Source: Chloroflexota bacterium (GTDB lineage: Bacteria > Chloroflexota > Anaerolineae > Anaerolineales > UBA11579). From it: a stretch of 64,000 bases of DNA. Shown piece by piece: positions 45,187-54,133 of this stretch; the first letter of the stretch is position 1; each line of letters opens with the position of its first letter. The DNA is taken from the NCBI GenBank assembly GCA_013112575.1, contig JABFGG010000005.1, forward strand, positions 149,497 to 213,496. The letters run 5' to 3'. The notes below the pieces were generated by a model. It was not told the DNA's origin. It saw nothing but the letters and a program-made list of their open reading frames with translations, and did not search any database. Both the position numbers and the translations under genes were made by a program.

Positions 45187-45932
45187 TCAAGGGATTTTAC
45201 GCAGCCGCATCCGCCATGCTTGCCAATCTCACACGCCAGGAACATCTGTCGCACAACATTGCCAACATCGACACACCTGGCTTCAAACAAGTCATGACCA
45301 GTATGGATGATTTCGTCGAGACCGGCATTTATTATCCGCAACCCGGCAATATCAACCACTCCTATCTGGGCAATTTAGGGCTTGGTGTGGAAAGCTCTCC
45401 AGCCATCACCGATTTTTCAGAGGCTGGCTTGCAACACACCGGCCAACCGCTTGATCTTGCCATCAATGGCAATGGCTTCTTCCAGGTTGAAACTGACAAC
45501 GGCACACGCTACACGCGTGACGGTCGTTTCAGTCGCGACGCTGAAGGGCAATTGGTCACAGTCGATGGATACCTCGTATTGGACAACAACGAAGCTCCCA
45601 TCACCATCGACCCCGGACTGATCGCTGTTGGCCCGGACGGCAGCATTAGCGTCAATGGCGTCCAAGCAGGCCAGATCGGCATCGCAGGCTTTGAAGACCC
45701 CGCGGTCGAGTTAACTGCTGCGGAAGGCAATTTGTTTGAGGCCACTGGCGGCGCGACCAGCATAGAGGTAGGCAGCATGCAACAGGGTTTCCTGGAGGGT
45801 TCCAATGCGGACCCCGCCCGCCTTACCACTCAAATGGTGCAGGTTGCCCGCGCCTACGAAGCTGCTCAACGCCTGGTGCAAAGCCAGGACGAACTATTGG
45901 GACGAGCCATCTCGACCCTGGGACGCTTTTAG
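45183..45932 (+). CDS. flgF: flagellar basal-body rod protein FlgF/FlgG family (proximal rod)
   Basis: MIKGFYAAASAMLA...HNIANIDTPGFK N-terminus and conserved C-terminal rod motif. Confidence 0.85.
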   Translation: MIKGFYAAASAMLANLTRQEHLSHNIANIDTPGFKQVMTSMDDFVETGIYYPQPGNINHSYLGNLGLGVESSPAITDFSEAGLQHTGQPLDLAINGNGFFQVETDNGTRYTRDGRFSRDAEGQLVTVDGYLVLDNNEAPITIDPGLIAVGPDGSISVNGVQAGQIGIAGFEDPAVELTAAEGNLFEATGGATSIEVGSMQQGFLEGSNADPARLTTQMVQVARAYEAAQRLVQSQDELLGRAISTLGRF

Positions 45933-45948
45933 AGCATAGGAATTAATT

Positions 45949-46683
45949 ATGAGTAATATCAACGAGATCTTACACATTTCCCAGAGCAGTATGCTGGCCC
46001 GCAGCATGATGCTGGACATTGTCAGCCATAACCTGGCCAACAGCCAGACCATTGGCTTCAAAGGCAGTCGGGCCAATTTCCAGGAACTGCTCGATGAAAC
46101 ACGTCAGAATGGTGTTTTGCTGCGTGCTACGCAGGTAATGCCCGAGCAGGGCGCCTTGCAGATCACCAATAATCCTCACGATTTAGCCATCAATGGCGAG
46201 GGCTATTTTGAAGTCACCCTGCCCGATGGCAGCAGCGCCTACACTCGCGATGGCAGCTTTAACCTGGATGCAAACTTGAAGATTGTCACCGCAGATGGCT
46301 ATCCCCTGGTATGGGGTGGAACCATTCCTGCGACTGCAGAAGCAATGCAATTTAATGCAGATGGAAATGTTATGGTAATGCAAGGCGGCGTGTGGAGTTC
46401 AGCAGGTACTATTAATTTGTCTACCTTCGACAACCCCTCGGGGTTGACCGGATACGGACAAAACCTATGGTTGGAAAGCGAGACCTCCGGTACGGCCCAG
46501 AATGGCCAGCCAGCCACGGCTGGTTTTGGCGAACTGGTCGGTGGCGCACTGGAACAATCCAACGTCAACCTGGCCGAAGAAATGTCCCGGATGTTGGCCC
46601 TGCAACGCGGTTTTGAGCTTTCATTACGATCTTTTGAAAATACTAACCAGATGCTGTCATTGGCAATCAGCATGCGGCGGTAA
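45949..46683 (+). CDS. flgG: flagellar basal-body rod protein FlgG (distal rod)
   Basis: HNLANSQTIGFK...GALEQSNVNLAEEMSRMLALQRGFE. Confidence 0.85.
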   Translation: MSNINEILHISQSSMLARSMMLDIVSHNLANSQTIGFKGSRANFQELLDETRQNGVLLRATQVMPEQGALQITNNPHDLAINGEGYFEVTLPDGSSAYTRDGSFNLDANLKIVTADGYPLVWGGTIPATAEAMQFNADGNVMVMQGGVWSSAGTINLSTFDNPSGLTGYGQNLWLESETSGTAQNGQPATAGFGELVGGALEQSNVNLAEEMSRMLALQRGFELSLRSFENTNQMLSLAISMRR

Positions 46684-46707
46684 AGTTTTGAACCATTTGA
46701 CCGATAA
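46681..46707 (+). promoter_or_regulatory. sigma-28 (FliA) dependent promoter of flgM-flgN-flgK-flgL-csrA
   Basis: TAAAGTTT-N11-ACCGATAA compared with the consensus TAAAGTTT-N11-GCCGATAA. The -35 element overlaps the flgG stop codon. Confidence 0.75.
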
Positions 46708-46752
46708 GAAGAGTAGGGACTCTCTATCCCGTTAGCTCTTAGGAGGCATAAC

Positions 46753-47055
46753 ATGCCGAAAATTGAAAACACCAATGCCAGCCAAATCATGCGCTCGCAA
46801 GCCAATAAGGCCCGGCAGGCCGAGCAGCGCAAAGATACTGTGGGAAGCCAGCGCGGAGAGCGTAGCGCCCGCAGTGACCAGACCGCATTGTCTCCCCGCG
46901 CCCGTCTATTATCGACGGCTCGTAAAGCGCTGGAAAGTGCATCTGATGTACGTCGCGAGAAGATCGAGGCCATCCAACAGGAAATTCTCGACGGCAATTA
47001 CCAGGTAGACGTAGAGGAACTCGCCAAGCGACTAAGCTCCTTGCTGGAGTCCTGA
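46753..47055 (+). CDS. flgM: anti-sigma-28 factor FlgM
   Basis: 100 aa. C-terminal RREKIEAIQQEILDGNYQVDVEELAKRL is a typical FlgM pattern. Confidence 0.85.
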   Translation: MPKIENTNASQIMRSQANKARQAEQRKDTVGSQRGERSARSDQTALSPRARLLSTARKALESASDVRREKIEAIQQEILDGNYQVDVEELAKRLSSLLES

Positions 47056-47083
47056 TCCAAGGCGAAACAAAGGAAAGAGATAT

Positions 47084-47593
47084 ATGGAACAAACCAATGA
47101 TTTATTGACCACACTGGAAGACCTGATGGTGCGTGAGTTTCGCGGCTTTCAGCAGTTGCTGTCCCTCACCAAAGAGGAGCGCAGCGCCCTCTCTGAGGCC
47201 GACACGGATAATCTGATCGTCCTCGTGGAAGAAAAAGAGAGCGTGCTGGATGAACTGGGCAAGATAAATGACGCCCGCCGCATGACCACCGATCAATTGG
47301 CACAGAGTACTGGCCTGCCCCCCGAGGAAGCCCGTATCTCTGGCATACTGCCCAAAATAGAAAATGCCATTGCCGAGCGTCTGCGCCGCCTTCAGGAAGG
47401 CACCCTTACCATCGCACAGGAAATACGCGCTCTGACCAGTGGCAACCTGGCCCTGGCTTCAACAGGAATGGACCAGACCGGCGCATTACAAGGCTTTTTA
47501 GTCGGTCTGGCTCAGTCCAACCAGGATTACCGCCCCAACATCAGACCCGAAGGAGAAGGTCCGGTCGTTCTTGAGATCGACCAGCAGGCCTGA
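47084..47593 (+). CDS. flgN: FlgN family flagellar chaperone
   Basis: Position between flgM and flgK. Helical protein with a FlgN-like N-terminus (LEDLMVREFRGFQQLLSLTKEERSAL). Confidence 0.7.
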   Translation: MEQTNDLLTTLEDLMVREFRGFQQLLSLTKEERSALSEADTDNLIVLVEEKESVLDELGKINDARRMTTDQLAQSTGLPPEEARISGILPKIENAIAERLRRLQEGTLTIAQEIRALTSGNLALASTGMDQTGALQGFLVGLAQSNQDYRPNIRPEGEGPVVLEIDQQA

Positions 47594-47602
47594 AACCAAG
47601 TC

Positions 47603-49006
47603 ATGCCCTCTTTGCTCAACGGTATCAACACCGCGCTGCAAGCGCTGTTGGCTCACCAACAATCCATCCAGGTCACTGAACACAACGTGGCCAATGCCAA
47701 CACGCCTGGTTACCATCGTCAGGAAGCCATCATGGCCGCGCAGCACCCCATCACGGCTCCCGGATGGAGCAGTGGTGTGGGACCGGGGCAAATGGGTACA
47801 GGCGTAGCTGTAGATCACATCCGGCGTTTCAATGTTGCCTTCCTCGATTCGCGCTTCCGCCGTGAGTCCGGGGAAGCCGCCCGCTGGAACGTTAACCAGC
47901 AGGTACTGCAACATGCTGAAGCTGCCCTGGCAGAGACCAGCACGGACGGCCTGCAATTTAAACTGAACGACTTCTGGGCCAATTGGCAGGCCCTCAGCAC
48001 CGAACCTGCCAACACTGTATTACGCACAGAACTGCACGAGCAGGCCAACACGGTCAGCGACGCCTTTAACCGCCGCGCCATAGAATTAGGACGCTTGCGC
48101 GAAGATCAAGACCTCTCGATCATCGACCGCGTGGGGGAAGTTAATGCGGTTGCAGATCAAGTAGCCGCCCTCAATGCTCAAATCGCTCACGTCAGGTCCG
48201 TTGGACATGCACCCAACGATCTGCTGGATGAGCGCGACCGCCTTCTGGATCGCTTAGGCGAACTCAGTGGGGCTGTGGCGCACGAACAGCAGAACGGCGA
48301 GATCATGGTATCAATCAATGGGCACGCCCTTGTGGTCGGCACCCAGAGTTTTGACCTGGAAACCGCCCCAGATGCCTTCAACGCAAACCTGGTTGCCATC
48401 AACTGGAATGATGGGCAAAGTTTCTCCCCGCCGAGTGGAGAACTCGCCGGACTTCTGGAAGCCCGTGACAGCACCATCGTAGACCAGATCAACGGCCTTG
48501 ACAGTCTGGCCGCAGCTTTGATCAACCGCGTCAACACCTTGCACCAGAGTGGTTATGGCCTCAATAACAACACCGGAATGGATTTCTTTTCAGGCTCAGA
48601 TGCCATGAGCCTGCGCGTGAGCAGCGACGTGGACAACCCGGCCAGCATAGCTACTGCCGCAGCCGCCGACTCGCCCGGTGATAGCAGCATCGCCCAGCAG
48701 ATCGCCGAGGTCCAGCACGAGTTGCTCATGAATGGTGGCACAGCCACCCTCGGCCAGTATTACAACCAGCAGGCTGCCTCCTTGGGCCTCAACGTCCAGC
48801 AGGCGGGCCAGTTAGCCGCCGACCGGCAATTAGTCGCCGATTCTATGCGCTTCCAGCGCGAATCTGTAACTGGCGTTTCTCTGGATGAAGAAGCGGCAAA
48901 ATTAGTGCAATCCCAAAAGGCCTATCAAGCAGCCGTTCGGATGATGACTGCCATTGATGAAATGCTCGATCAGGTCATCAACCGCATGGGCATAGTAGGA
49001 CGGTAG
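47603..49006 (+). CDS. flgK: flagellar hook-associated protein 1 FlgK
   Basis: HNVANANTPGYHRQ N-terminus and C-terminal SLDEEAAKLVQSQKAYQAAVRMM. Confidence 0.9.
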   Translation: MPSLLNGINTALQALLAHQQSIQVTEHNVANANTPGYHRQEAIMAAQHPITAPGWSSGVGPGQMGTGVAVDHIRRFNVAFLDSRFRRESGEAARWNVNQQVLQHAEAALAETSTDGLQFKLNDFWANWQALSTEPANTVLRTELHEQANTVSDAFNRRAIELGRLREDQDLSIIDRVGEVNAVADQVAALNAQIAHVRSVGHAPNDLLDERDRLLDRLGELSGAVAHEQQNGEIMVSINGHALVVGTQSFDLETAPDAFNANLVAINWNDGQSFSPPSGELAGLLEARDSTIVDQINGLDSLAAALINRVNTLHQSGYGLNNNTGMDFFSGSDAMSLRVSSDVDNPASIATAAAADSPGDSSIAQQIAEVQHELLMNGGTATLGQYYNQQAASLGLNVQQAGQLAADRQLVADSMRFQRESVTGVSLDEEAAKLVQSQKAYQAAVRMMTAIDEMLDQVINRMGIVGR

Positions 49007-49008
49007 GC

Positions 49009-49896
49009 ATGCGAATCACGAACCGTATGATGGCAGAGAATGCCATTCGACATATGAATGAAAATACCAGCCGCATTGGCGAGTTGCAGGAGCAGATCGC
49101 CAGTGGAAAACGTTACGAGACTTTTTCGGACAACCCCAGTCTGGCCGCCGCGGGCATGAGCCTGCGCACCAGCCTGCGTGCTGGAGAAGCTTACCTGGAG
49201 ACAGCCGCGGTGGTCAACGAATGGATCTCGGTGACTGAAAACTCCCTGGGCCAGATGGTCGATATCGCCGGAGAAGCCACCAACCTGGCCTTGGGCGGTT
49301 TATCGGATACAGAAGGGGCTTCCGAACGCCACGTGCGCGGCGTCGAATTGGACACCCTCATCAAACAGGCCATTGACATTGGAAACACTAGCCTGCGCGG
49401 ACAGTACATCTTTTCAGGCTTCAGCACCAACACACAACCTTTTTCATTGGTAAACGGCTCTCCCGACTCGATCAGTTATGCTGGGGATACAGGCACCATG
49501 CAGCGCGCCGTTGGTCCCGGGCAGTTGATCGCCGTCAATTTTGATAGTGATGCAACCTTCTCCCCCTTCTTCTCTGCCTTGGTCGAAGTACGTGACGCTT
49601 TATTAGCTAACGACACCGCTGTCTTGCAAAGCGGCCTGAACAGCCTGGACGCCGCCTTTGACGGCATCAATGACGAACGCACCGCCAATGGGGCTCGCTT
49701 GCGCCAGGTCGAGAACGCCACCGAACGCCTCTCCCGCACACAAACGGAGATCCAGGCCCTGTTAAGCGCCAAAGAGGATGTCAACATGGCGGAAGCCATC
49801 ACCGTCTTGCGTACACAGGAATCCAGTTATCAGGCCGTTCTGGAAGTTGGCCGCCGGGCCATTGCCATGTCAAATTTATTTGAGAGCCTGAGGTAG
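49009..49896 (+). CDS. flgL: flagellar hook-associated protein 3 FlgL
   Basis: MRITNRMMAENAIRHMNENTSRIGELQEQIASGKR; flagellin-like N- and C-terminal domains. Confidence 0.9.
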   Translation: MRITNRMMAENAIRHMNENTSRIGELQEQIASGKRYETFSDNPSLAAAGMSLRTSLRAGEAYLETAAVVNEWISVTENSLGQMVDIAGEATNLALGGLSDTEGASERHVRGVELDTLIKQAIDIGNTSLRGQYIFSGFSTNTQPFSLVNGSPDSISYAGDTGTMQRAVGPGQLIAVNFDSDATFSPFFSALVEVRDALLANDTAVLQSGLNSLDAAFDGINDERTANGARLRQVENATERLSRTQTEIQALLSAKEDVNMAEAITVLRTQESSYQAVLEVGRRAIAMSNLFESLR

Positions 49897-49900
49897 CCCT

Positions 49901-50149
49901 ATGCTGGTACTGAGCCGCAAAGCAGATGAAAGCCTGCAACTGGGCGAGGATATCGAACTTACCATCCTGGCTATCGAAGGCGACAAGGTCAAACTGGGTA
50001 TCAAAGCGCCCCAACACGTGCGCGTTTTACGGCAGGAAGTTAAGCAGGCCATCCAAGATCAGCAGAGCATTGCAGTTGCTCTCGCCAGCGGACCGGAACC
50101 GAAATCCTTCGACTCTTTACGCAAGCTGGTAGCTGAAACCGGCGACTAA
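49901..50149 (+). CDS. csrA: carbon storage regulator CsrA
   Basis: MLVLSRKADESLQLGEDIELTILAIEGDKVKLGIKAPQHVRVLRQEV. Confidence 0.9.
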   Translation: MLVLSRKADESLQLGEDIELTILAIEGDKVKLGIKAPQHVRVLRQEVKQAIQDQQSIAVALASGPEPKSFDSLRKLVAETGD

Positions 50150-50174
50150 ATTTTATTTTTATGGGAAATACTTT

Positions 50175-50198
50175 CGGGCAACCATGGTTGCCCGTTTT
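50175..50198 (+). terminator. intrinsic terminator after csrA at the convergence point of the two flagellar arms
   Basis: CGGGCAAC-CATG-GTTGCCCG followed by TTTT. Confidence 0.75.
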
Positions 50199-50201
50199 GC
50201 T

Positions 50202-50510
50202 TTAAGTCTGTCCCCGTTTCTTTTGTACCCGATACAGAAAAGCCAATAATTCGGCCACCACACGATACAGTTCCGGCGGAATGTGATCCCCCACGTCCAC
50301 TGTAGCCAGGGCCTCGACCAATAGAGCATCTTCCTGAATTGGCAGATCCAACTCACGCGCCCTATCCATGATGCGCTGCGCCACCAATCCCTGGCCGGAA
50401 GCCAGTACACGCGGCGCGTCATCTTTATCCGCATCGTAGCCCAGCGCCACCGCCTGTGGCCTACTGTCCTTTTCTTCTGCTTTGTTGGACCGGATGCGCT
50501 TATTGATCAA
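50202..50510 (-). CDS. FlhB C-terminal-domain-only protein (YlqH/FlhX-like)
   Basis: AVALGYDADKDDAPRVLASGQGLVAQRIMDRARELDLPIQEDALLVEAL...PPELYRVVAELLAFLY corresponds to the post-NPTH part of FlhB. Start set at ATG 50510. Confidence 0.8.
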   Translation of the reverse strand: MINKRIRSNKAEEKDSRPQAVALGYDADKDDAPRVLASGQGLVAQRIMDRARELDLPIQEDALLVEALATVDVGDHIPPELYRVVAELLAFLYRVQKKRGQT

Positions 50511-50514
50511 CATC

Positions 50515-51834
50515 TCAGGCCATCCGATCCTTGATACGGTCAAAGGGCATCGTGGTGTCCATAACAACTGGCGAACCATCGTTGGCAGGTTTAACCGCAT
50601 AGCGCGGCGTATTCAATGTATAACCTAATCCTGATAGACCAGCCTCTAGTGAGGCAAATTCATTCTGTGCAAAACCAACAAGGGTATCACTGCTTGCCCT
50701 AACCTCCCCACCCATTTGTTTGCCAACGATAGAGAAGTCTACTTGCAAATACTCATCGCCTTCAAGGTCAACCTGCAGCAGCATCCGTGTTTGTTGTGGG
50801 TTGATAGCCTGTTCACTTACATCTTGATCATAGGCTATGCGCAACTGTGCCATGTGCGTTTTGTTGGACTGCGCTCCATCTGTCAAGGGGAGGCTGAAGG
50901 ATAGCCATTGAGATGTATCCACACCGGAGGTTCCTGTAGCATTGCTCAACTGTATGGCCCTCAAGCCACCAGTAAATTCCTTGAGTTGCCTTCCCACATT
51001 GGCTTCCCCCTTTCCTATGAGAGCCTGGGACAAACGTTGCAGGGAAAGTAACAAATTATCTGGAAGCTCTCTCAGGGCCGTGTCCACCAATAGGTTCTCC
51101 ACTGAGCGGCCCAGTTGGGACAGGAAGGATTGCAAACGACCCGCCAACTCTCCAGGGGGTTGCCCCCAATCTATAGACAATTGAGCTAAACTGCTCAGTG
51201 CCAGACGCGCCAGGGCTGCGCTTTGTTGGGCCTGATTGGCGGAGTTGGCTACACTCCCCAGATTTATTTTTAATTCAGCCAGTAATTGTCCCAGTTGCGA
51301 AACATCATATTTTGCTAAGGCCAGTGTTTCCAAGGTTAGTGGCAATCCGGCGGCTTTGAGTGCTGCTGCAAAGGCCGCATCCCTTTCTGTCCAGGCTGGC
51401 ATTTGAGCCAGCAGATCGCGCATCTCCGCAAACAATTTTGGGCTTAACTCAAGTTGTTGGCTCAGCAAAGCTCGTGCGATCTCTGTATTCATCGCATCAC
51501 TCTGCAAACCCAAACCTTTTAAAAGATTGTTGATCAACAGCGCAGTTGAAGGGGCTTGTTCCGCCCCTTGTTCCCCTTTGAGAAGTTTTAACGTAATCAC
51601 ATCCTGCTGCAAGCCTGCAATTACGAATTGAGCCTGTGCCCCCTGGTTGAGTAATTCTGCCACGTCAGCGCCAACCACGCGGGCTGTGATCTGCGTGCCG
51701 TTAACGTCCAAAAGCACTTGCTCACCCAGCACCTGCAAAACCTCGGCTCGTACACGCTGATTCAGCCGCAAAGCCAGGGCATTGCCATCTGTGCGCTGCA
51801 CGGGCGGTTGGCTGGGGAGAGGTTGGATTTCCAT
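50515..51834 (-). CDS. second FliK-like (hook-length-control C-terminal domain) protein
   Basis: 439 aa. The C-terminus MLLQVDLEGDEYLQVDFSIVGKQMGGEVRASSDTLVGFAQNEFASLEAGLSGLGYTL resembles the Flg_hook domain. Confidence 0.6.
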   Translation of the reverse strand: MEIQPLPSQPPVQRTDGNALALRLNQRVRAEVLQVLGEQVLLDVNGTQITARVVGADVAELLNQGAQAQFVIAGLQQDVITLKLLKGEQGAEQAPSTALLINNLLKGLGLQSDAMNTEIARALLSQQLELSPKLFAEMRDLLAQMPAWTERDAAFAAALKAAGLPLTLETLALAKYDVSQLGQLLAELKINLGSVANSANQAQQSAALARLALSSLAQLSIDWGQPPGELAGRLQSFLSQLGRSVENLLVDTALRELPDNLLLSLQRLSQALIGKGEANVGRQLKEFTGGLRAIQLSNATGTSGVDTSQWLSFSLPLTDGAQSNKTHMAQLRIAYDQDVSEQAINPQQTRMLLQVDLEGDEYLQVDFSIVGKQMGGEVRASSDTLVGFAQNEFASLEAGLSGLGYTLNTPRYAVKPANDGSPVVMDTTMPFDRIKDRMA

Positions 51835-51848
51835 TTTCTTAGGGTCTC

Positions 51849-51887
51849 ATAATAAAAGATGGGTCACCGGGAACCGGCAACCCATCT
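51849..51887 (-). terminator. intrinsic terminator after flgE
   Basis: AGATGGGT..CCGG-GAA-CCGG..ACCCATCT hairpin. On the minus strand it is followed by TTTTATTAT. Confidence 0.65.
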
Positions 51888-51906
51888 CTATAAAACATGT
51901 CAAGGT

Positions 51907-53112
51907 TTACCGGCCGATGTTGACCAGTTCCTGCAGCATTTGATCGGATGCCGTGATCACACGGGACGCTGCCTGGAAACCACGCTGCGCCAGGATCATG
52001 TTGGTGAATTCCTGTGCCAGGTCTACGGTGGAAGCCTCCAGGTTGCCGGAGAGGATCGTGCCGCGTCCGCCTGTGTCTGCCGCCCCCACCTGGGGGTCGC
52101 CGGAGTTCAAACCGACTTCATACAGGTTCTGGCCGATGCGGTTCAGGCCGGAGGGGTTCACAAAGGTCGCGAGGGACACCTGGCCCATCAACTGTTGCAG
52201 GCCATTGGAATACACCGCGTACACCTCGCCAGTGTTGGAGATCACGCTGAAGCCTGTCAGGCTTCCTGCGCCCAAACCATCCTGGGACAATCCGGAGGCA
52301 TCACTGTTGGCTGCCAGTTGGGTTACGTTGGCCATATCCAGGTTGACGCTGAAAGCCGGTGCGCCACCGCTGGCAGGGATTGTGACCGCCCCACCGCCGG
52401 CGCTGAACTGGCCCTGGGCATCGAAGGTCACCGTGCCGGAGCCAGCCGCACCACTTGATGCTGCCCAATCCCACACGTTGGTCACGCCCTGGCGTGTAAA
52501 ATCAACCGCCACGCTGCGCAGTTGCCCCAGCGAGTCATAAGCGCCCACGGTCACGGAAAAGCTGCCCGTACCGCCGGTTGCGCCATCCAGGTTCCCGCCC
52601 ATGAAGACGTTCTGGGTAGCCTGTGCCAGTGTCGAGTCCGTCGGGACCTGGATATCGCCGATAGCAGTACCTGTGTCGACAACGCCAGCCACGGCTGTCC
52701 AGCCTTGCAAACGCAGACCAGTGGATTCATTCACCAGGAAACCCTGCGAGTCCATGTTGGTAGCGCCGTCACGGGAATAGAAAGTGTTGGTGGCATCAGA
52801 GTAGATGAACAGGCCATCACCCTGGATCGCCATATCCGTCAAGCGCCCCGTGGATTGCATCGTGCCCTGGGAGAAGGTGGTGGTCACCCCGCCCAGGCGG
52901 GCACCTAAACCGATCTGCGTGGGGTTGATACCACCCAGTGTGGCTGTGGGGGCCGAGCCTGCCGACATGGTCTGGGCAAACTGATCTTTAAAGGTAATGC
53001 GGCTGGCTTTGTAAGCCGGGGTATTGGCATTCGCCAGGTTGTCTGCTACTACATCCATGTAAGTCTGGTGCAGGTTCAGGGACGTAATTGCGGTGAACAT
53101 TGAACGTAACAT
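51907..53112 (-). CDS. flgE: flagellar hook protein FlgE
   Basis: MLRSMFTAITSLNLHQTYMDVVADNLANANTPAYK N-terminus and C-terminal LEASTVDLAQEFTNMILAQRGFQA. Confidence 0.95.
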   Translation of the reverse strand: MLRSMFTAITSLNLHQTYMDVVADNLANANTPAYKASRITFKDQFAQTMSAGSAPTATLGGINPTQIGLGARLGGVTTTFSQGTMQSTGRLTDMAIQGDGLFIYSDATNTFYSRDGATNMDSQGFLVNESTGLRLQGWTAVAGVVDTGTAIGDIQVPTDSTLAQATQNVFMGGNLDGATGGTGSFSVTVGAYDSLGQLRSVAVDFTRQGVTNVWDWAASSGAAGSGTVTFDAQGQFSAGGGAVTIPASGGAPAFSVNLDMANVTQLAANSDASGLSQDGLGAGSLTGFSVISNTGEVYAVYSNGLQQLMGQVSLATFVNPSGLNRIGQNLYEVGLNSGDPQVGAADTGGRGTILSGNLEASTVDLAQEFTNMILAQRGFQAASRVITASDQMLQELVNIGR

Positions 53113-53206
53113 CTTTATTGCTCCTTTTGTTGGTCACAAGCTTCCTCTAAAAGGGCCGGCTCGTGATGAGTTTTGATATTGTCAGTTAATTAACTTTCGT
53201 ATGTTT

Positions 53207-53590
53207 TCATTTAGCAAGCACGACGCTATCGATCTGTGTAAAGACACCCTCCCCGCCTTTCTGTGTATCGATGGCTGTCACCACTGTGCGTTCTGGGACG
53301 TTGACAATGAATGCCAGATCGTCCATCAGCACCAGCGATTCCTTGCCGCCGCGTGTCTCGGCCTTTTCAACCGCTTCCACCAACCGGTTCATTCCATCCC
53401 CGGCCATTTGAATCTCACGCGATTGCAAACGCTTTTGGGCGTGGTTAGAAAACTTGACACCGCCCTGCTGGGCCTGATCCAAAGCCTGGGCAAAGGATTG
53501 GTCGCCATCTGCCGCTTTGGCAGGCGCTGGCCGTATACCATTGGCAAGCTGGACGCGCAGATTAGGATCGATGGGTACGTTATTTGCCAT
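53207..53590 (-). CDS. flagellar operon protein of the flgD-flgE intergenic family (TIGR02530-like)
   Basis: FSNHAQKRLQSREIQM...LVLMDDLAFIVNVPERTVVTAID. Position between flgD and flgE. Start set at ATG 53590. Confidence 0.65.
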   Translation of the reverse strand: MANNVPIDPNLRVQLANGIRPAPAKAADGDQSFAQALDQAQQGGVKFSNHAQKRLQSREIQMAGDGMNRLVEAVEKAETRGGKESLVLMDDLAFIVNVPERTVVTAIDTQKGGEGVFTQIDSVVLAK

Positions 53591-54122
53591 TAGCACCCTC
53601 ACTTTGCGGAGTCTCACTACCTGCTTCATCCGTCAAATCTGACGTATCATTGTTTTCGACCGTGTCGCTTTCATCTAAGGTTTTGACCTCCTCCGAGGCT
53701 TCGCTGACGGCGATGACGTTCTCCAGCGGATAGGCTGCATCTTCCAGCCACACCAGGATCTGTCCCATCTCCGCCGAAACACGTGAAGCGGTTCCAGTGA
53801 CGACGATGCCATTTGGCTGCATGATGTCCACTGACTTGCCAACCAGATGAGCCGCATCTACCAGCAGTTCCGATGGGCCGCTGGCATTGATCATTTCGCC
53901 CAACTCCCCAAGTGTGGAATTGATTTTCTGCAATTCCGTCAAAGAGTTCAACTGGGTGAACTGGGCCATCATCTCCTGGTCATTAAGCGGCTCAAGAGGA
54001 TTTTGGTGGCGTAGTTGGGCCAGCAGCATCATCATAAAATCGCTGCTTTGTGTTTCAGTGAGTGAACTACTGCTTGCAGTTGTGCTATTCTGCGTTTGGG
54101 TACTGGTTTGTGTAACTTGCAT
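53580..54122 (-). CDS. flgD: flagellar hook capping/assembly protein FlgD
   Basis: DFMMMLLAQLRHQNPLEPLNDQEMMAQFTQLNSL is a canonical FlgD motif. Confidence 0.9.
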   Translation of the reverse strand: MQVTQTSTQTQNSTTASSSSLTETQSSDFMMMLLAQLRHQNPLEPLNDQEMMAQFTQLNSLTELQKINSTLGELGEMINASGPSELLVDAAHLVGKSVDIMQPNGIVVTGTASRVSAEMGQILVWLEDAAYPLENVIAVSEASEEVKTLDESDTVENNDTSDLTDEAGSETPQSEGANGK

Positions 54123-54133
54123 GGTGACCTCCT

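Noticed and set aside
46299-46997. Long ORFs antisense to well-supported genes. Examples: 46299..46997 across flgG/flgM, 51859..52458 and 51953..52540 in flgE, 22769..23614, 16682..17296, 18528..19163, 42982..43551, 59670..60359.
   Set aside because: - They lie opposite ORFs with strong family signatures.
- Their products are low-complexity and Arg/Ser/Pro/Ala-rich, as expected for shadow frames in GC-biased coding DNA.
- They lack ribosome-binding sites.
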